From Geosiphon pyriformis uo1 (taxonomy: Eukaryota > Fungi > Glomeromycota), in the NCBI GenBank assembly GCA_016748015.1, contig JAAOMT010000695.1:1-64000 (forward strand): 64,000 nt of DNA. Direction: 5' to 3'. The position numbers and the translations under genes are program-made. Positions within the stretch are counted from its first letter, which is position 1. Each line of letters begins with the position of its first letter. The notes under the pieces were generated by a model. That model did no database searches. It saw only the letters and a list, made by a program, of their open reading frames with translations, and was not told where the DNA came from. This document shows, one piece after another, positions 57,551-64,000 of the stretch.

Positions 57551-58444
57551 ATTTCATTGCAATAAAATTCTAAAAAGGGAGACTTTAGAAGGATAAGATA
57601 ACCTTTTTATAATGATTCTTTCAAAAAAATTTCATCATATGTGATTAATAACAGTAAAATAAAAACTTTTATTAGTCGCGAAACCCTATAAATCAGCAAT
57701 TTTTATTGATAGAAACGATAAAAGATCCCGGTTAATCATTCCCAAATAATCACAGCTAATGATCAAAGTTGGGGATATGTTAGTTATCGGATTTACACAT
57801 GTTTGCATAAATATATTACGAATATTAAAATTTAAAAAAAAATTAAAAATTGATAATACAAACAAAAAAAATTTTTGCTTAAAGTTTTCTGTATATTTTT
57901 AATATTATATATTCTTTAAGGCAAATTGGTAAAGATTTTCTTCAAAATATTTAGATCTAATACTTTATTTTCATAGGAATAGCCAAATTCTATTTTGCAA
58001 ATACTGCATCTTTTCATTAAGGCGTTCTTTCATTAAGGGGTTCATTTTTATATATCAATAATCGAAAGTTAGGATTAAATATACCTCTTGAATAATTTTT
58101 TTTTTGACTAATTTCGTGAAACTTCTATAAATAATAGATCATTCAAATCATTTCCAATTATCGATAATTAATTTTTTTAATTGAGAACTATAGTTTAAGA
58201 ATGTTTTGAGATCTTGATCATGTTTGTAAACAGTATAGTATGATTTTTATAATTAAAAAAAAATTGAAATTCATTCCTATTATTTGTAAATATTTATATT
58301 CATTTGAATTTTAGCTTTTAATAAATATCTACCTGGATATCAACTAATTTCAACATTTAGTCAAGCAAATATAAATATATAATTTTAATCAATAGAATAT
58401 ATTAATTATATTGAATATAATTTTTCTAACACTTGTTAAATATT

Positions 58445-59500
58445 GTAATCCCCTTGAAGACTATTTTAATGAACATTATTCAAAAGTACTAAAAGAAAAT
58501 TTCGCTACTTTGCAGAGAACCTCATTTATGCATGATTCTTTCAAAAAGTTACAAAACTTTTGCACAGAAATAGCTGTTAAAAATTCAGCTATAGTCTTCA
58601 ACTCGCAAGATTTTACCTCTCTTATTGAAAATGCTCTTGCCTCAATTTTAACTTAAGATGACTTAAATATAGAAGAATCTAAGATATGGGAAAAGATTGT
58701 GGAATGGGAGTTGCTAAATTAGATCCGAATATTCAGATGAAATAAGTTCGTGACTGTACAGATGAAAACTTTAACGCCTTTAAAGAATCCATTGAAAGAC
58801 TTCTACCTTTAATCCGCTTCTTTAACATATCTTCAGTTAACTTCTATCACAAAGTAAAACCATTTGTGAGAATCTTGGCTGGAACTTTATATGAAGATCT
58901 TTTACACATTATCTCGTATCAGGTAGTCATCAAAAGTCTGTAGACGCTCAGCCATTACGTTTTTCCCAATTAAATATTGATTCAAAGCTTCTTCGATCAC
59001 ATAATATAAAACAGCTTGATCATTGGATTCAAGGTAAAAACAAAAATACTCCTTTTGAAGATCAACTTGGAAATGATTTTAGATTGTTACTTCGAGGCAG
59101 TCAAGACGGATTACTCCAGCCAATTTTCATCGACTATGTGATAATAAAGGAGGAACAGTTAGCGTAATCAAAGTGAAAGGAACTGATCAATTAATAGGTG
59201 GCTATAAACCACTGTCTTGGTACATGAAAAATTAGATGGAAAAGGAAATTTTATTTTTTCTCTTGGAAATGCTACATTTTGCAAATTTGTTAGTAGATTT
59301 GGACTTATAGTGGGCTAAATTATGGACCTTGTTTTGGAGGTAGCAATATTATCTTGATTTGTAATAAATTTAAAAATATTCCAGGGTGCTTTTGTATGAA
59401 GACAATAGATTATGAGCATGATATAATGCCAGGATTGCACAATCAAAAGAGGAATTTATTTTTCGAGGAGTATTAAGTTTTTCAAATCATAAAAAGATAA
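58445..59500 (+). pseudogene. 5'-truncated, heavily disrupted BTB-BACK-TLDc paralog
   Basis: Aligns to the reverse complement of ~1941-3010 (PLEDYF..SFMHDSFKKLQNFCTEIA..FQIIKR*); has stops (e.g. CGG>TAA) and frameshifts; BTB exon absent. Confidence 0.9.
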
Positions 59501-60089
59501 ATTTACTTTTATTTAATTTAATTTATACATTATCTGAAGGTTTTACAACTTATCTTGGGAATTTTTACTAGCAGAATATTCTATAGCATTTTATTTTAAA
59601 CCTCACAATAAAGTTAAGATAATAACACTCTATATATTTTAAATCAGAAACACTTTAGAAAATTTAAGTTGCATTAATAAAAATTATTTTATAAGTTTAG
59701 GTTTTTATCACTGGCGAAAACCATAAAATGTTCTTTAACTGAATAATATTAGAAATGTAACTTCCAAATGCATATTTGTGTGTTCCCCGCTAATTAAATT
59801 ATAAATTTTAGATTTTCACTATGTGCTTATATATAAAAATACTTTTAACTTCTTACTTATATTAATAAAGTTGTAATTAATTTATTTTCAATAAAGAAAC
59901 TTTGAGAACTCAATTTCCAAATAAGATATAATCGCAGCTTCGAGATAGTAATTCTTGATTAAACCAAAATTTTTATTTATAAATTTTTTTAGTATTAAAT
60001 TATTTTCTTATATATTTAAACATTACAAACTTTCTTTTTTAATTGACTGTAGTAGAAATTCCCATTATTCAAAAGAAATACAATTGAAA

Positions 60090-60435
60090 ATGCCTTTCAA
60101 ACTATTAGTAACGTTAATTTTCTTTGCTCTGTTCTCTCATAATCTCATTTTTGCATTTAAAAAAAACAAATTTCTTGAATCAAAATTTAATTAATAAAAT
60201 TAGTGAATGTGATGTTAACTATTAAATCGACTAGAGTTAATGTGACAAAAACAATTGCAAAACTATTCCCTTATATAATATGAAGTTTGATAGAAATTAA
60301 ATATTGAAGATTAATACATGCTCACTCATGTTTAATCTAGAACTGAAGACTTCATATGAATGCTAATGGGAGAAAACCATTCATTTTGGATCACTTGTTC
60401 AAGAAATTTGAAGCCATAATATGTTCTTGGGCTAA
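60090..60435 (+). pseudogene. Possible decayed small secreted Cys-containing protein
   Basis: Signal-like MPFKLLVTLIFFALFSHNLIFA, a shift in an A-run, then ISECDVNY*ID*S*CDKNNCKTIP..TCSL..EC*WEK. Confidence 0.25.
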
Positions 60436-63400
60436 TAATCCTAATTTCGAGTTATTATAATTAATAATTTTGATATGCTCCCTCTTAATTAAAAAGTTTA
60501 AAACTAATTAATTTTTAAATGTCTCTAATATTGTTTTTATTTTCAGTAGAATTGAAAACTTCTTTGATTTAGACAAAAAAAACTAAATAGTTTGGCTTAA
60601 AATCAACAATAACTATTATGTATTTTATTTAGATAGTATCATTCAAACTTTTTTACCTACATGTCTGTTTTCTCAATATTATGATTCTAAAAAATTCAAA
60701 TAAAATGGATAAATAAATTTTAAATTGCCAAATATTTGCCTAATAAGCTAGATCTACTGTACACTCATCATAAAATTATTACAAAAGATAATAAAATTAT
60801 TTTTATATAATTAATTAAATATGCTTTCAATAAAATTTCTTTTTTTTGTAAATTTTCAATTTCGCTGTTTTACTTATTTTTACATGACAATATTGTAACT
60901 TTACAAATATAGTTTGTCATAAAATTGATCCAGTGTTATTGTTATTAAATAATAAGCTATAAGATACCATGTTATGTTTTTTTACAGACTAAGTATAATT
61001 TGTAGCACAATTTATTTGAACAGCACAATATTTAATACCAAAAAAACATGTATTTTTATTATGATAAAATAAAAATGAGAAAAAAAATCACCTGTTTTGG
61101 ATCACAAAATATAATATATAATTAATATATTATTATGTTTACACTATAAAAATAATTAACAGTAATATATTGCAAATGAAAATTTAAATTTATGTTCAAA
61201 TTTTATATGAGTGCACTATTATAAGTTAGTCTGTAATCTTAATTAGTGATAATATTTAGTTCAAAAAAATTTTATAACTACTTTTAAACACATTTGTTTT
61301 AAATTACTATTTTCTTGTAATGCATATTTACTTTAATAAAATCTTATTAGATTTGTTTCTAAATTTTTTTGGCTGCATAAAAAATAGTTTATTCTTTAAT
61401 AACAAGTTTAAAATCTTGGATTATATTAAAAAAGAAATAAAATTAACAGTTAATAATATGTATATTAATAATAAAACATGTAAAAAAAAGCAGATAAGTT
61501 GCTTCAAAACTTATAAAACACTGGTTTACTTTATTTTATATTAAAAAATTAATATTTAATTAAAATAAAGTTATATACATCATAAATTAATATAATTTTA
61601 AAGAAATAAAAATAAAAAACTTTTTGTTAGCTTAGATGTTAAATTTTTTATTTGCTATAGTCTTAAGTAAAACTTATTAAAAAAGTCAATATTTAATTAA
61701 AATAAAATTGTACACAATATAAGTTAATACAATTAAAAAAAATATATATAAAAATATTAATTTATTATTTTTGTTTGGCCTATTGCAACACAATTAAAAA
61801 ACTATTTATTAGTTTTGTATTAAATTATTTGTTCACTGTGATTTTATGTGCTCTTTATATATAATATTGAGTATTAATAAAGTGTCTTTTTAGACTTCTT
61901 ATAACACATTTAAAAAAACTATTTATCAGTCTGGTATTTAATTTATTTATTATAGTCTTATTGAAAAAGTTAATAAGATTACTTAATTCTCTAATTTTGT
62001 TGATTTTATTGACTTGTAATTTGTTTTATCAGTCATGAAGTTAAAACTATAAAGGTAGGTTTTTTTAATTTGTTCTAATTTAAAGAAGACACAACTTTTA
62101 AAAATTAGTTTATGTTTGTAAATATATTTATAGCAATTTATTAGAAGATGTCTTGCATTACAAGATAAAAAAAATAAGATCCAGAATTATGTAAGTATAT
62201 GATTGAAAAACATTTGTTTTATTATATTCTGTCCATAAACAATTGAAAGAAATATGAAAGTGAAATTGAGATAAGTACATAGTTGCTTTTTTTCCTGGCA
62301 ATCTGGGTTAATTTGAATGTCAAAAAAGCTAAGTTGTTGCTTGGCCTTAATTTTACTGTGGCGTGGCATGTTATGTCATGTCAAGAGCATAAAGTCATAT
62401 TTTGTGCCAATCTGATAACTGATGACATTCGGCATTTTTGCTGGCTTTAAGTGGGAAGCATTCTATGATTTAGACCTTAGGTACTTTTATATTAATGCAG
62501 AATGAGATGAAATATAAAAGGACAAAAAGAATCATGAGAATAAGAAAGAAGAGCTATTATTGATGAACCTTTTGATATGTTTTGGTTTCTTAATTTTAGC
62601 CTTCAGAAAAAGCAAACAAATGATCATTATTCACAAATTAAAGATTCCTTGCAAATTTAGTTTATTCATTGTGGGAATATTTATTTAAATACTATATAAG
62701 TGATGAATTCTATATTCAGAATATATATTGCCCCCCCTAAAAGCACTATTCATCGCTACTATAACCCTGATTTGTTGTAATAACCGAAAGTGATCATTAT
62801 GCCGAAGTTTTATCAATTTAATAATGACCAATCTGTGTAGACCGGCGGGCTAGAATAATTAACTAGAATGCAACTATTTCATAAATGTGTACAAGCCCCT
62901 TTGGGTGGTGGAAAACTCTTAGTAATTAAAATTTCTGGCATAAAAATAGATGAATAAAGAAACAAAGTTTTAGATAGTATCAATGTATTTTAAAGCAAAA
63001 ATTTTTTTAAACTAAATTGGAAATAAGAATTAAAAGCCTTTACTATTTGAATTGAAAGTTCTTTTTTAAGATAATATAAGTGATGTAGAAAGCAAATTCA
63101 TTCTGTATTGAAATTAGAAACAAAGACAATAAGCAATAATACAATAAGCGATAAAAAATTCAAAAGCTTATATTTTGTACTATCATAATATTTGCAAACA
63201 AATAATATTTAATAGCATATTTTTCTTGGTTTTGTTTGTGACATGGATACAATTTTAATCATAATGGCAATCGAAATTCGAGATTTCTTACTGATTGGTA
63301 GTAAAATTGAGACTTATGTTGTTTACATAATTCAAAAACTAGAATTTTAACGAAAAAAGTCGATGGATGACCGAAACTATTCATTTATTTACTTATAAAT

Positions 63401-64000
63401 ATACAGTAAAAATTTGAAAAATAATTCTTAGAACAATGTTTGTTACAAAAAATATTATGATACAGATCAAAATTAACAATCAAATGAATTAAAGAATGTT
63501 AAATTTAGATTTGTAAATTTATTCAAGTTTTTACTTTCAAAAAAAATTATGCTAGAAAAAATAAATGAAATATGTAATACAACTTTTAATTTCTAATAAT
63601 TAGAAAGATCAAAGTTTAAGAAGTTGAATGGATCTAAATGCATTTTTAAAAACCTCTAATCGTATCTAGAAGGTTTTCGTAACACTAATTATGTCAGCAT
63701 TATTTCACCTAATAAAATTGGCTATTTATTATAGCTCTTTTCAATACTTATTTAAAAAATAGAGGTTTTTTTAAAATATTTATAAAATTTATGAACAATT
63801 ACTTTATTTAAGATTCCTTAAGTAAAAATCACATTGTTAATATTAAAAAATCAAATATTTACTATTTTATAATAATCCAATAATTTTAAAAAGTTTTTAT
63901 GTAAAATAATGTCAAATTTAAAATATGAATTATTTTATACAAATAAATAATTATAACAATTTAACCTTAAAGTGTAATTGAAAAATTTATTGATCCAAAT

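Overview
AT-rich eukaryotic fungal DNA with short GT-AG introns. The gene content (BTB-TLDc, Sel1-repeat/TKL kinase, Crinkler-type REase relic, many class-3 lipase-like genes) points to Glomeromycotina/Mucoromycota. Geosiphon-like is an inference from my recollection that lipase_3 is expanded there. Intact genes: a Sel1-kinase, an Argonaute with an intact DEDH tetrad, HPPD, a jacalin-like lectin, a small 4-exon acidic protein absent from the ORF track, one hypothetical gene, and seven class-3 lipase-fold genes. Main finding: all seven lipase-fold genes lack the catalytic serine (GHG/GHR instead of GHS), two also lack the catalytic His, yet they keep essentially intact reading frames (one possible 1-bp loss at the extreme 3' end of one copy), secretion signals, KR sites and six conserved cysteines. 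This looks like a family of secreted pseudo-lipases. Also present: a ~1-kb-arm inverted duplication of a decayed REase-fold gene (possible hairpin/siRNA locus), a probable Fanzor/TnpB 3' remnant, two Tc1/mariner relics, and an inverted pair of BTB-TLDc pseudogenes about 55 kb apart. Exon boundaries were assigned by eye.
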